Source: Flavobacteriales bacterium
Lineage (GTDB): Bacteria; Bacteroidota; Bacteroidia; NS11-12g; UBA955
Assembly: GCA_947447955.1 (NCBI GenBank)
Contig: CANFLS010000012.1
Span: 2,946-66,945 of the forward strand
Direction of reading: 5' to 3'
DNA length: 64,000 nt
In this document: piece by piece, positions 9,983-20,640 of the stretch
Position numbering within the stretch: the stretch's first letter is position 1
Layout of the letters: every line of letters starts with the position of its first letter
Made by a program: the position numbers and the translations under genes
The notes under the pieces: model-generated
What the model saw: the letters and a program-made list of their open reading frames with translations, nothing else
Database searches by the model: none
What the model was told of the DNA's origin: nothing

Positions 9983-12900
9983 TTGTTAATTCCAAAAACT
10001 TCCTTATTTTTACTTTTTCCTAATCATATGCGCAAAAACCCTACCCTAAGAACCATACAAAATTTAAAATCTTTGATTTTGATATTGTGTGTTTTTATGG
10101 GCAATTCAATAAAAGCGCAGTTAAACGGAAATTATACCATTGGAGGGGCATCGGGAGCCAACAACTATGCAACTTGGTCGGCATTTGCAACGGCTTATAA
10201 CACCAATGGGGTTTCAGGAAAAGTTACGGTTACTGTTTTATCAAACCAAAGAATAACATCGGCGGTTCAATTAACCCAACACGCCTCCTCACCCACCACG
10301 GCTACAAAACCCTTAATCATCAATGGCAACGGTTATAAAATAACAGGTAATTTTCTGTATGAAATGATCTATTTCAACGGCATTGATTATTGCACGTTAA
10401 AAAACCTTACCATTGTTGATTCATCAGCCAATAAGGCAATTGGAATAAGGCTTACAAATAATTCAAACGACAATTTAATAGACAGTTGCACCATCGTTTT
10501 TGCGGGATTGGCATCAACAGGCAGTGCCGATAATTGTGCCTATTTGGCACTTACAGCCTCAAACACCAATTTATCTTCGCTTGCAGCTCAAATAAACTGC
10601 AGCCGCTCAGTTTTTTCAAACAACATTTTCAAAACAAGCAATACCAATTCGCCAGGCCCAATGTTTGGAATATTAGAATTCCAAGCAGCAAGTTATACCA
10701 CTACTGCAATTAACAATAGCTATCAAAACAATGCAATTAGTAATTATTATTCAGTAGGTATTTCAATTAATTACACCAATGGTGTAATCATTCAAGGCAA
10801 CAAAATATCAAGAAATGATGCTACCTCTTTGTCGCCGATGGATACATTAACCAATGCCGCCATTAGGGTATCTCGAACGTATGAAAGTACTAGACTATCA
10901 TTTGTAAGTCAAAACATCATTGAGAATATCCCATTCAAAGGAGCCACTGGATCAAAACCCGGTAATTATTTGTTTAAATTTTTCGGCATCCAACTTAATT
11001 ATGTCAACAATGGATTTTTCAATTCCAAAAGATATAACCTAGAATGCCATGAAAATGTAATACAAAAAATAAATGCCAAAAATGTATTCAACGGTATTTA
11101 TCCCTCATTTTGTGTCAATTTAAAAATAAGGAAAAATATTATTCTGAATAATTACAGTTATCAAAACGCGAGTCCCATCTACTGTGCTTACAATTTAGGA
11201 CTTACCGAGGTAACCGAAAATCACGTAAAAACAAACAACTTTAATTCCCTCAATGGAAATACGGTATTTATTTGTTTCACTGCCAATAGCCAAACATTGA
11301 ATGACTCTTCCTTCGCCGCAAATAATCTGCTAGATTCCAATACAATTGGATCTGCTAGTTGTGGATTCTTATTGTCTAGTGAGAGATCTTCAATCTTACG
11401 TAATTCCATTTTAAACAATACCTTTCAAAATGGCACTAAAGATTACTATGGAATAAAATGCAGCAATTCTAGTATAAAAATCAATAGCAATTTGATTTTA
11501 AACAAAGGAGGATGTGGGAACTTTTATGCCATTCATCAAACCAACCCAAACAATAATTCCACCGAAATTACCCAAAACACCATTTATTTCAACGCAATTG
11601 ATACCACCAATTTTTGGGGGATTTATGTAACCAACGATGCCAATAAAATCCAAGGCAACATTATTCAAGCAAATGGCACAAACTCCGGTTATTTTATCAC
11701 GCTCATCAATCCTGCAAAAGCAACACCCGTAAACAACAACATGTATTTCGGGAAATTCACAAACTCCTATTGGCAGTTGTTTACCAATAAATACAATACG
11801 TTTAAACAATGGCAAAGCACAACGCTAGCTGGAAATAATGAACGCTTTGAAAATCCCAAATTCACCAATCCCAATTCCCTAAACTTCATACCCTTAAATA
11901 GCTATTGTCAAAATATTATGGCTCCCATTAAATATGCCACTTTCGATATTTACAACAATGCCAGAAATAAGAACTTAAGCGACATGGGTGCCATTGAATC
12001 AAGTATTGATTGCAAAGCAATTGGTTATAAATTTAACGTTCCTTCAAATGCTTGTGCAGGTACCCAATATGGACCTCTTACCATTTACGGAAAAAGCAAC
12101 TTCAATGATACAATTAACCAATTAAGCGTGGCTTTCAATGTGAACAACGCCAATGAAATTAATGAAATCATTACCCGTAAAATCAAACCCTACGATACCT
12201 TTTCATATACCTTCAACAACTACCCGAAGTTAATATCTACAGGCAAAAACACAATCAAAGTCTACATTCATCAAAATGACGACACATTATCAAACGACAC
12301 AGTTTCATTGAATGTGGTTACCATAAAATCTCCGGGTGGATCAACAGTTTCATTATTGGATAGCATAGTCAACAAAAACAAAACCATTTTAAAGAACAAT
12401 ACCATCATTACTTATAATGGATTAGAGACATTTTTCACCATTACCCCGCCGAGGAATTTGTCAAATTCAGATTATGGCATAAGCAACAAATGGTTTGCAA
12501 ATGCTGCGGTTTATTCAACATCAAACAAGATTATTTCGTCAACCGTTAATATTAATCCGCCAACCACTTCCAGTAACCTTATCATTGGTGTGAATGTAAA
12601 AGACTCTGCTTTTCAAGACAGCACAATATCCCTCAAAATCAAAATAGCAAATACAATTACAGGGTGCGATACCCTATATCAATTTCAACTAAAATTGCTA
12701 AAATTGCCAGATTTAAAAATCAACCACGGCAATAAAGTTTTCTGTTCTGGCGATACAATTTCATTTGACCATAACGGCATCAATTATCCAGAACAATTGA
12801 ATTATCACTGGAATTTTGGCACCAACAATAGTGCCGATACCTCTGCCGATTTATTTACAAAGTTTATCTATAAAAATGGTGGCGTATTTATTGTTTCGCT

Positions 12901-14497
12901 TACCGCGTATTTACCCAACATCCCATTCCAATTTTCAAGTTTCGACACCATCACTGTCAATACCAAACCTATTGTTAAATTCACTAAAGACAACGTTTGT
13001 CCCTCAGAACCATTGAAAATAAAAAACTTAACTGTGCCTTCCAATTCTAACATGTATTGGGACTTTAACGATGGTAAGGGATATATTCAAAAACAAGATT
13101 CCAGTTTTATGTTAACCATTAAAAATGCAGGCACTTACGTTTTTAGACTTAAAGCAAATAACAACGGTTGCATAGTTACGGCATCGCAAAATGTAAATAT
13201 TTTCGATGCGCCAACGGCTACTTTTTCGAAATTGTCTGGCAATTGCAACAATGAAAGTATCACCTATCAAAACAACTCTACAATTAAGAGCGGCAATCTA
13301 TATTTCAAATGGGAATTAGGAGAAAATAGCACCCTCAGTTTTGCCAAGAATCCGAGCATTAATTATTCATCGTCAGGGTATAAAAATGTAAAACTTACAG
13401 TGCGTTCTGATTTTGGTTGCGCTGATTCTTCTACCAAGTCAATTTACATAAAACCTGCACCTGTTGCGAACTTTACAAGTACCGATTTTTGTTTTATTCG
13501 ACCAACAGAATTTACAAATACAACTCCCAAAATACCTGGTAGTAAACCAACTTTTTTGTGGGATTTCGGAGGTGGCGACTTAAGTTACACCGAAAATGTT
13601 ACGCAAAGCTGGAATTCAGTGGGATTGAAAACTGTGACATTCAAAATCACCTTAGACAATGGCTGCTCCGACACCGTAAAACGTTATTTTTATGTACTCG
13701 AAGAAAGTACACCTAAATTTAACTTTACTTCTAAATGCTCAGGCGATACTACCCTTTTCAACAATAATTCTACCAATTCAAAAGGTACCCCCATGATTTA
13801 TAAATGGTACTTTGGCGATGGTGACTCATCTGAAAAAACAAACCCAATTCACATTTATAAAAATAGGTTTAACACTACCTATAATGTAAAATTAATCAGT
13901 CAAATAATTGATGGCTGCGCCACTTCGATAACAAAACCAGTCATAATAAATGGGCTTCCCAATACCTGCGGTTTTTTAGGTAATGCCGATTATGCCTTTG
14001 CCTTTTACGGAGTAAAATTAAATCCATTAGACGATAACGGTTTGGTTGGCGGAAGCAATGGCATTGATTATACTTGGACCGTCAATCAAAAAGACACCCA
14101 ATACAGCAAAGATGTAAACGCCATGGTAAACTATAATTTCAAAAAAGATACGTTTTATCTGGCATCAATGTTCGCAACCGACAGAAATACCGGTTGCAAA
14201 TGTACGAGAGAGAAACTGGTTATCATGAACAGGGCTACTGTTCAGAATTTGAACCAAGTTCAAATTTCAATTTCCCCAAATCCATCAACAGGTTTATTCA
14301 ATCTCAAATTGAATAAAAGCAATGCAAACTTGAAAGTTTACATCACCAATACAAATGGTCAGAAAATTCCAAGTCGTTTGATCCAAATAAATGATTCAAA
14401 TTACCAACTCGATTTGAAAGAAGAATCGAATGGGGTTTATTTTATGAAAATAACGGATACAAACTTTTCTAAGTTTGAAAAAATCACCAAGTATTAA
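9983..14497 (+). CDS. T9SS-secreted giant protein with right-handed beta-helix region, at least 5 PKD domains and a C-terminal T9SS sorting domain (likely start 10028, MRKNPTL...)
   Basis: Signal peptide. NxxI/GxxI parallel beta-helix repeats (NNAISNYYSVGISINYTNGVIIQGNKISRND). PKD repeats (HWNFGTNNSADTS..., YWDFNDGKGY..., KWELGENSTL..., LWDFGGGDLSY..., KWYFGDGDSSE...). C-terminal ...ISISPNPSTGLFNLKL...VYITNTNGQKI...GVYFMKI, the type-A CTD pattern. Confidence 0.8.
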   Translation: MLIPKTSLFLLFPNHMRKNPTLRTIQNLKSLILILCVFMGNSIKAQLNGNYTIGGASGANNYATWSAFATAYNTNGVSGKVTVTVLSNQRITSAVQLTQHASSPTTATKPLIINGNGYKITGNFLYEMIYFNGIDYCTLKNLTIVDSSANKAIGIRLTNNSNDNLIDSCTIVFAGLASTGSADNCAYLALTASNTNLSSLAAQINCSRSVFSNNIFKTSNTNSPGPMFGILEFQAASYTTTAINNSYQNNAISNYYSVGISINYTNGVIIQGNKISRNDATSLSPMDTLTNAAIRVSRTYESTRLSFVSQNIIENIPFKGATGSKPGNYLFKFFGIQLNYVNNGFFNSKRYNLECHENVIQKINAKNVFNGIYPSFCVNLKIRKNIILNNYSYQNASPIYCAYNLGLTEVTENHVKTNNFNSLNGNTVFICFTANSQTLNDSSFAANNLLDSNTIGSASCGFLLSSERSSILRNSILNNTFQNGTKDYYGIKCSNSSIKINSNLILNKGGCGNFYAIHQTNPNNNSTEITQNTIYFNAIDTTNFWGIYVTNDANKIQGNIIQANGTNSGYFITLINPAKATPVNNNMYFGKFTNSYWQLFTNKYNTFKQWQSTTLAGNNERFENPKFTNPNSLNFIPLNSYCQNIMAPIKYATFDIYNNARNKNLSDMGAIESSIDCKAIGYKFNVPSNACAGTQYGPLTIYGKSNFNDTINQLSVAFNVNNANEINEIITRKIKPYDTFSYTFNNYPKLISTGKNTIKVYIHQNDDTLSNDTVSLNVVTIKSPGGSTVSLLDSIVNKNKTILKNNTIITYNGLETFFTITPPRNLSNSDYGISNKWFANAAVYSTSNKIISSTVNINPPTTSSNLIIGVNVKDSAFQDSTISLKIKIANTITGCDTLYQFQLKLLKLPDLKINHGNKVFCSGDTISFDHNGINYPEQLNYHWNFGTNNSADTSADLFTKFIYKNGGVFIVSLTAYLPNIPFQFSSFDTITVNTKPIVKFTKDNVCPSEPLKIKNLTVPSNSNMYWDFNDGKGYIQKQDSSFMLTIKNAGTYVFRLKANNNGCIVTASQNVNIFDAPTATFSKLSGNCNNESITYQNNSTIKSGNLYFKWELGENSTLSFAKNPSINYSSSGYKNVKLTVRSDFGCADSSTKSIYIKPAPVANFTSTDFCFIRPTEFTNTTPKIPGSKPTFLWDFGGGDLSYTENVTQSWNSVGLKTVTFKITLDNGCSDTVKRYFYVLEESTPKFNFTSKCSGDTTLFNNNSTNSKGTPMIYKWYFGDGDSSEKTNPIHIYKNRFNTTYNVKLISQIIDGCATSITKPVIINGLPNTCGFLGNADYAFAFYGVKLNPLDDNGLVGGSNGIDYTWTVNQKDTQYSKDVNAMVNYNFKKDTFYLASMFATDRNTGCKCTREKLVIMNRATVQNLNQVQISISPNPSTGLFNLKLNKSNANLKVYITNTNGQKIPSRLIQINDSNYQLDLKEESNGVYFMKITDTNFSKFEKITKY

Positions 14498-14555
14498 CTT
14501 GCCATTTTAAATCATTTCTTTTTCTTTTGTGGAAGAAAATCTATAAAAAATATAA

Positions 14556-14592
14556 TTATTGTACTTTTTACAATAATTAATTTTTATATTTG
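14556..14592 (+). promoter_or_regulatory. Candidate Bacteroidetes sigma-A promoter for the 14.6-22.2 kb operon
   Basis: TTG at about 14559 and TATATTTG (the TAnnTTTG -7 motif) at 14585-14592, about 10 nt upstream of the ATG at 14603. Confidence 0.3.
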
Positions 14593-14602
14593 TTTTATCA
14601 CT

Positions 14603-16027
14603 ATGCCCAAAGCTAAGATTCATAAAGATTTTCTTCAAAATATAAAGGAGAAAACCATATCCCATAATCAATCAATTTTGTATTCAACTTTGTTGATTTT
14701 ATTTTCGTTTCTATCTATTTTTTCTCTCAACGCTCAGGCTATTAAAGTTGAAGTTGTAAAGACCGAAAATGGCTACCAATTTTTACGCGGTGGGCAACCT
14801 TATTACGTTATTGGCGCCGGTGGTGAAACCCACCTTGACGTGGTGAAAAAGATTGGTGGCAACTCTATCAGAACTTGGGGCGTTGATAATGCACAAGAAA
14901 TTTTAGACAATGCACAAAAAAACGGCCTTACCGTAATGCTAGGATTTTGGGTACAGCATGAACGCCACGGATTCGACTATAACAACGAAGAAAAAGTAAA
15001 AAAACAACTTGAACATTTCAAACGTGTCATTGACCAATTTAAAAACCATCCAGCTTTGCTTATGTGGGGAATTGGAAACGAAGTAGATTTGTTTTATAGC
15101 AATCCCAAAGTTTGGAATGCCATTCAAGATATTGCCAAATACGCCCATCAGGTAGACCCAAACCACCCTACTTCAACAGTTACCGCAGGTTTGGATTCTT
15201 TGGAAGTAGATCATATCAAACAAAGAGCTCCAGACATTGATGTTTACTGCGTAAACACCTATGGCGACATTGGAAACGTACCAAACAACATTTACAAATA
15301 CGGTTGGACCGGCCCTTACATGATTACAGAATGGGGACCAAATGGACATTGGGAATCACCTACAACCTCTTGGGGTGCGGCAATTGAACAAAGCAGTACT
15401 GAAAAGTCAGATGTTTATTTTACCCGTTACAAAAAATACATCGAAGCATATAAAAACAGATGTTTGGGATCTTATGTTTTTTTGTGGGGACAAAAACAAG
15501 AATACACCCTAACATGGTATGGTTTGTTTACGAAAGACCAAATGCAAACAGAAGCTATTGACGCACTTGAAATAGCATGGACAGGTAAAAATCCAACTTT
15601 TGCAACACCTACCATCACTTCATTCACCATTAACAACAAAAAGGCCATTGAAAGTCCAACGATGATGGCAAATACCACCAATTTTGCAACGGCAATTACC
15701 CCTTTAAACTGTTATCAGCTTACAAATTGCGATAGCAGTGACAAGCAAATTACTTACAAGATATTGCGCGAAAGTTCCGATAAAAAAGCAGGTGGTGATG
15801 TTGAAAACGAAGCGGAAGAAGTCCCTACAAAATTTAAGGTTTCAAAAAACGGAAAGGTTATTTTTGATGCACCCAATGAAACAGGGGCTTATAGATTGTT
15901 TGTAACCATAATATACAAAGAAAAAGTGGCATATGCAAATTGTCCGTTTACAGTAACACCAAATCCGAAAAGAGGAAATGGCAAAAAAGTATGGCTAAAG
16001 AAATGGGAAATGGGATCCTTTGAATAA
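14603..16027 (+). CDS. secreted glycoside hydrolase, clan GH-A TIM-barrel (GH5/GH30-like) with extra C-terminal domain
   Basis: Signal peptide. LMWGIGNEV (acid/base NE) and YMITEWGPNG (nucleophile E), about 120 aa apart as in clan GH-A. Family not resolved. Confidence 0.55.
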   Translation: MPKAKIHKDFLQNIKEKTISHNQSILYSTLLILFSFLSIFSLNAQAIKVEVVKTENGYQFLRGGQPYYVIGAGGETHLDVVKKIGGNSIRTWGVDNAQEILDNAQKNGLTVMLGFWVQHERHGFDYNNEEKVKKQLEHFKRVIDQFKNHPALLMWGIGNEVDLFYSNPKVWNAIQDIAKYAHQVDPNHPTSTVTAGLDSLEVDHIKQRAPDIDVYCVNTYGDIGNVPNNIYKYGWTGPYMITEWGPNGHWESPTTSWGAAIEQSSTEKSDVYFTRYKKYIEAYKNRCLGSYVFLWGQKQEYTLTWYGLFTKDQMQTEAIDALEIAWTGKNPTFATPTITSFTINNKKAIESPTMMANTTNFATAITPLNCYQLTNCDSSDKQITYKILRESSDKKAGGDVENEAEEVPTKFKVSKNGKVIFDAPNETGAYRLFVTIIYKEKVAYANCPFTVTPNPKRGNGKKVWLKKWEMGSFE

Positions 16028-17906
16028 CATGAAAATAAAATTACTCACTGGAATTGTACTTATCCCGAATTTGATTTTTGCTCAACTTGGAAGTTCTGCA
16101 AATACTGACAGCATCTACCCCGCTCATTTACAAAGAAGGGTAAATGTAACTGGGGTGTTTCCAAAAGAACCAATCAAAAAACTCGAAAACTTCAGTATTT
16201 CTGGATACTATCGATTTATTACCAACGTAAGAAAATTGGATGTGGCTTATGCCGAACAGGCCAAAACGCCAGTCAATATTTTTGTTGGTGACGATGGTCA
16301 AATTCCACAACTTTCGCTAAATATGGCGGGAAGCGTTTCAGCAACAACCCGTTTCTCAACAGATTTTTATTTGTGGACACCCATGATGGGTGGCGGAATG
16401 CCAGAAAACGTGAAAGGATTAAACTTAGGGGTTAGTTTGAATGGATCACATTCAACCAGCTATGGCAATTTCGAAATCCAATGTGGTGGTATCAATTGGT
16501 ACGCCCTCTCCCCTTTTACATTTCATACCAACCAAGGTTATAACCGATATAGTTTGTTTGAAAGAAATCCTTGGGATCCAAGAACAAAAAACATCGACGA
16601 CCGTTACAACAGCTTTTACACCCAAGGTGCATTAAACCAAGATTTGCGTTGGGGAAATCAAGCTTTCCAAGGTGTTATTTTTGAGGGAAATGATTTACCG
16701 AATGGATTTTCAACTTCAATCATGTTTGGTAAAACCCAGTTAAACGGAGGAATGATGGCTTTGCCAAATCAATCTTATGGTGGTAAATTGAAAAAGCTAA
16801 TTGGAACTGGTAACGTCACTTTCAATTCGTTTAACAACCAAAGTTACACAGACAGTTTGATACAACATGGAGTTGGTTTTAACATCCATACTCTGACGTT
16901 TGAGCAAACGTTCTTAGGATTGAAAATCTCAGGTGAAACAGGTGCTGGCAGATACTTTAGTCCCTCAACACAACGAGGATGGGGCGAAGCAATAAGTGTG
17001 AAATTAAATACCCCAGCCAAATACACGTTAATACCTTTACAGTTTCATTACTTTCAAATTAGTCCTAAAGTGTTAAACAACAGTTCTGTTTTTTGGAACT
17101 CTTCAATTAGGGAAGGAAACACAAGTTCTAACAATTCTAGCGATCAAATCGTATTGGCGCCGTTTGCGAGTGCATTGACTCAGGTTGGACAAGTTACCAA
17201 TAACAGAAAGGGATTTGAAATCAACAGTGAATTCGAAGTGAAGAAATTCAAATTCAATTTGGGATATTCTAACAGCCGTGAAATTGAAAATATTTCATCT
17301 CAGCTTACCTACGGACATCCAGTAAACGGATTGGCTTTGTCTAGATTTTGGCGTTGGGGATTTCCTGCAAATGTGGGTCCTTACGGAAACTTAACCAAGG
17401 TCTACCGCAGTGTATTTGAAACAGTGAATCTAACCGACGTAACACCCACCAAGCAACCATTAAATACGAAGTATTTCAATGTTTTGGAAGTGAATGCCAA
17501 ATACAGAACTAAAATCTTAAATAAAGATTTATATATAAACTACTTGGGAAGCTATTCTTCGGTACAGAATTTCTATTCAAACGTTACAGTATTTACCGAA
17601 AAAGCATATTTGAGGGCTTATTACCACCAATTAGAAGCTTATTTGAAATTAACAAAGCGCGTTGTTTGGACAAACTATGCCGGCTGGGAGCGCATCATTG
17701 CCAATTACGATACTGAAATCAATGCAGTTACAAGAAGGCCAAGAAACCAAACGGGTTATGGATTTGCAACCGGTTTAGATATTGAAATGAGCAAAGGTGC
17801 TGGATTATACCTCAGACAAAGATGGATGGATTATTACGACAGTAGTTTTCCGAATAACAAATATTCAGGTTGGGAATCAACCGTTGAAGTTAAAATTTTC
17901 TTTTAA
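16020..17906 (+). CDS. hypothetical outer-membrane beta-barrel protein (628 aa)
   Basis: Signal peptide (IFAQ). Alternating amphipathic beta-strand composition, aromatic/Gly rich. The C-terminal residue is F. Overlaps the upstream GH by 8 bp. Confidence 0.45.
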   Translation: MNNMKIKLLTGIVLIPNLIFAQLGSSANTDSIYPAHLQRRVNVTGVFPKEPIKKLENFSISGYYRFITNVRKLDVAYAEQAKTPVNIFVGDDGQIPQLSLNMAGSVSATTRFSTDFYLWTPMMGGGMPENVKGLNLGVSLNGSHSTSYGNFEIQCGGINWYALSPFTFHTNQGYNRYSLFERNPWDPRTKNIDDRYNSFYTQGALNQDLRWGNQAFQGVIFEGNDLPNGFSTSIMFGKTQLNGGMMALPNQSYGGKLKKLIGTGNVTFNSFNNQSYTDSLIQHGVGFNIHTLTFEQTFLGLKISGETGAGRYFSPSTQRGWGEAISVKLNTPAKYTLIPLQFHYFQISPKVLNNSSVFWNSSIREGNTSSNNSSDQIVLAPFASALTQVGQVTNNRKGFEINSEFEVKKFKFNLGYSNSREIENISSQLTYGHPVNGLALSRFWRWGFPANVGPYGNLTKVYRSVFETVNLTDVTPTKQPLNTKYFNVLEVNAKYRTKILNKDLYINYLGSYSSVQNFYSNVTVFTEKAYLRAYYHQLEAYLKLTKRVVWTNYAGWERIIANYDTEINAVTRRPRNQTGYGFATGLDIEMSKGAGLYLRQRWMDYYDSSFPNNKYSGWESTVEVKIFF

Positions 17907-17911
17907 AATAA

Positions 17912-19630
17912 ATGAACATGCTTAAAGCGAAACATATTATCATTTTATTTACTTCATGGGCATTTAATGGCAATGCACAAATTTCTCCAAAGGTGAAAAT
18001 TACCGGCGGCGCAAGAAGTATTATAAACAATCAAAATATTCAAGTGAATGATTCTATTCCCGATAAAACAACGCCAAAAGGCAATGCCGGAGGGTATGCG
18101 TTGATCGATTTGGGATTTAATATCTCTCCAAATAAAAATACCGAAATTTTGGGAATGATTCGTATCAAAAACCAATACGGTGGATTTTTTGGCGGTGGAG
18201 TATCTTTTGATGTACGTCAACTTTGGGTAAAAGGTATTATTGCCGATGCGGTTCGCTACCAACTTGGGGATATAAATTTGAAACAAACACCTTTCACCTT
18301 CTACAACAACAACGAAGATTTGCTAATCAATCAAAATCCTGTTACCAAAATGCAACAGGAAATTGTGAATTACGAAACGTTTTATAAAAACAATACTTGG
18401 CGCCAACAAGGTGCGTCTATTGATTTTGGTTTAAATTTCTCAAAATACCTTCAAGAAATCAATGTAAACGGTTATTTAACCCGTTTGAACATGACAAACT
18501 TTGGAAACGTTCCTGAGCGTTTGTTTGGTGGATCAACGGTTGATTTCATTGTAAACGATCATTTAAGTGCCCAATACAATTTGAGCAGTGTTTTTGATGT
18601 TACTGGAACTGGAACAGATTCTAATTCATTTAGAAACATTGTTCAAACTGGAGCTTTCAAATATGCCAATACGTTTAAAAACTACCCAATTGTGTTGAAA
18701 GGTGAATTTGGAAATTCTTCAATGTATTACACAGTAGATCCTAAGGCACCGAAATTGAACGACTTCTTTTTGAATCCTTCAGCGCAAATAAGCTTTCCTA
18801 AGTTGAATATCGATTTGGAATTGGGTTATTTGAACGTAGGGCCTGATTTCAGAAGTCCTGGAGCACAATCAAAGCGCATCAATTACAATTCAGCGTTAAC
18901 CAGTTTTGGTTTGTACAAACAAACACAAGCCGACCGTCCAGTGAGCCTCGGCGACATTATGGGCGACAACAAACTGTACAACAATGGCATTAGCAATAAA
19001 ATCATGGCCTACCATCCGTTAATCAACAATGTATTGCCTTATGGTTTGGCTACATTTAACAGAAATGGGGCTTATGGAATTGCAAAATGGTCAAACAAAG
19101 AAAAAGGTTTGTCAGCCGATTGGGCACATTACCAATTGAGTGAGATTCGTGGACAAGGAACAAAAAACTTAAAGAAATATACCATGAGCAACCTTCAGTT
19201 GGGTTGGAATCTTTCTAAAGTGTTAAAATTGAAAAAGTCCCTCAAAATATCTACTGCAGTTTCATACCAACAAACAAGCCGTACGGGTGAGTTTTCGTAT
19301 GAAAAAGTTGATTTACAATCTATTCAATCTGCATTTGGATTTGAGTGGGAATTTGCAAAGCAATTGGAATTGGTTGGTGGTTACACCGGATTGCAAGGTA
19401 AAGGGCACGATCAAATGTCGAGCAGAAATTTCTATACCGAAGTTACCGATTTCAAAGATTACAATGTAAATTTGAGTGAATCGATTACCGCAGTGGGTTT
19501 GAGATTCCGTTTTACAGAGAAAGCTTATTTTGGAATTATGTACCAAAGTTTTAATTACGATAACAAAGCCCAGGCTTTTGACAATTATAAAATCAATCAA
19601 ACTTTAATCATTTACAATTTATTATTCTAA
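17912..19630 (+). CDS. hypothetical outer-membrane beta-barrel protein (572 aa), possibly alginate-export/porin-like
   Basis: Signal peptide (NGNAQ). Beta-strand-rich with a C-terminal F. Lies 5 bp after the previous gene. Confidence 0.45.
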   Translation: MNMLKAKHIIILFTSWAFNGNAQISPKVKITGGARSIINNQNIQVNDSIPDKTTPKGNAGGYALIDLGFNISPNKNTEILGMIRIKNQYGGFFGGGVSFDVRQLWVKGIIADAVRYQLGDINLKQTPFTFYNNNEDLLINQNPVTKMQQEIVNYETFYKNNTWRQQGASIDFGLNFSKYLQEINVNGYLTRLNMTNFGNVPERLFGGSTVDFIVNDHLSAQYNLSSVFDVTGTGTDSNSFRNIVQTGAFKYANTFKNYPIVLKGEFGNSSMYYTVDPKAPKLNDFFLNPSAQISFPKLNIDLELGYLNVGPDFRSPGAQSKRINYNSALTSFGLYKQTQADRPVSLGDIMGDNKLYNNGISNKIMAYHPLINNVLPYGLATFNRNGAYGIAKWSNKEKGLSADWAHYQLSEIRGQGTKNLKKYTMSNLQLGWNLSKVLKLKKSLKISTAVSYQQTSRTGEFSYEKVDLQSIQSAFGFEWEFAKQLELVGGYTGLQGKGHDQMSSRNFYTEVTDFKDYNVNLSESITAVGLRFRFTEKAYFGIMYQSFNYDNKAQAFDNYKINQTLIIYNLLF

Positions 19631-19632
19631 CC

Positions 19633-20640
19633 ATGAAACGCCTTATATATATTGTTGTTGCAGTGTTAACTTTAAACAGTTGCAAACGTGAACAAATGCC
19701 TTACGAAGGTCCGAATTTGCAAGATTTAAATGGTACTTTCGGGTTTTTATCGGCTTTTAAGTCAGATAAAACCACTGTTGATTTTTCTAAAACAGAAGTT
19801 GTAAATTTCTCAGCGGAATTCACAAAAATCTGTGCATGGAAAATTGAAATCAAAGGCAAAACCAGTGGAGCTAAAAAAGTGTTAGAAGGAAAATCAAGAA
19901 ATCTTGAAGCACCTTTGTCAACTTGGAATGGAACTACTACATTTTTCCCCATGTTTAAAAATGAGAATTGTGTGGCTACCCTAAAAATTGAAGGTGTTAC
20001 AGATACATTTAATTTGAATATCAATGTTACAGGACTAAAAACACCGTCAGGATTTGTAGTTGCCAATTTCGAAACAGGCATCAGCACAAAATGGACAACG
20101 TTCATTCAAAGCGGTGCAAGTATGGATTTTAAAATCCACAATGACAAATACACCATTGAAGGTTCTAATTATTTGAATATGGGTGGAATTGTAAACTGGG
20201 ATTGGTTAATTGGTTTAATAGATTTTCCAGCTACCGCTTATGGAAATGGAACAGTTAAAACCTTCCCTGTTACCTCAATTGCCGATGATGTTTATTTCAA
20301 CTGCTTAATTTATGGAGTACCTAATTCAAACCCATCGCATGTTTTGTTTCAATTTAAAGAAGATGATAACGGCAACGGCACATTTGAATCGTCAGCAGAC
20401 GATGAATACGACAAAGAAATCATTGTAAATTGGGAAGGTTGGAAATTGGTTAGTTTCAAATACAACAGCATGGTCCGCTTGGTAAATGGAACCCCAGCGG
20501 TAAACAATGGAAACAGCAAATTCAATCCCAATTCAATCAATAAAATATCCATGCTTCATTTGGCAAATCCTGCAAACGGCGCCGGAAGTACAAAAATTGA
20601 TTGCATTATGTTCACTGAAAAAGGTCCTTTAGAATTATAA
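19633..20640 (+). CDS. hypothetical surface lipoprotein, putative glycan-binding
   Basis: Lipobox (LTLNSCKRE). Beta-rich with no catalytic motif. Lies 2 bp after the previous gene. Confidence 0.45.
   Translation: MKRLIYIVVAVLTLNSCKREQMPYEGPNLQDLNGTFGFLSAFKSDKTTVDFSKTEVVNFSAEFTKICAWKIEIKGKTSGAKKVLEGKSRNLEAPLSTWNGTTTFFPMFKNENCVATLKIEGVTDTFNLNINVTGLKTPSGFVVANFETGISTKWTTFIQSGASMDFKIHNDKYTIEGSNYLNMGGIVNWDWLIGLIDFPATAYGNGTVKTFPVTSIADDVYFNCLIYGVPNSNPSHVLFQFKEDDNGNGTFESSADDEYDKEIIVNWEGWKLVSFKYNSMVRLVNGTPAVNNGNSKFNPNSINKISMLHLANPANGAGSTKIDCIMFTEKGPLEL

Noticed and set aside
11498-11815. Antisense shadow ORFs inside large genes (for example 11221-11418, 11498-11815, 17954-18286, 19701-20105, 23310-23645, 23317-23781, 27363-27939, 42751-43173, 46756-46998)
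   Set aside because: Each lies wholly within and opposite to a motif-supported CDS, which is typical of AT-rich genomes with few stop codons in antisense frames.
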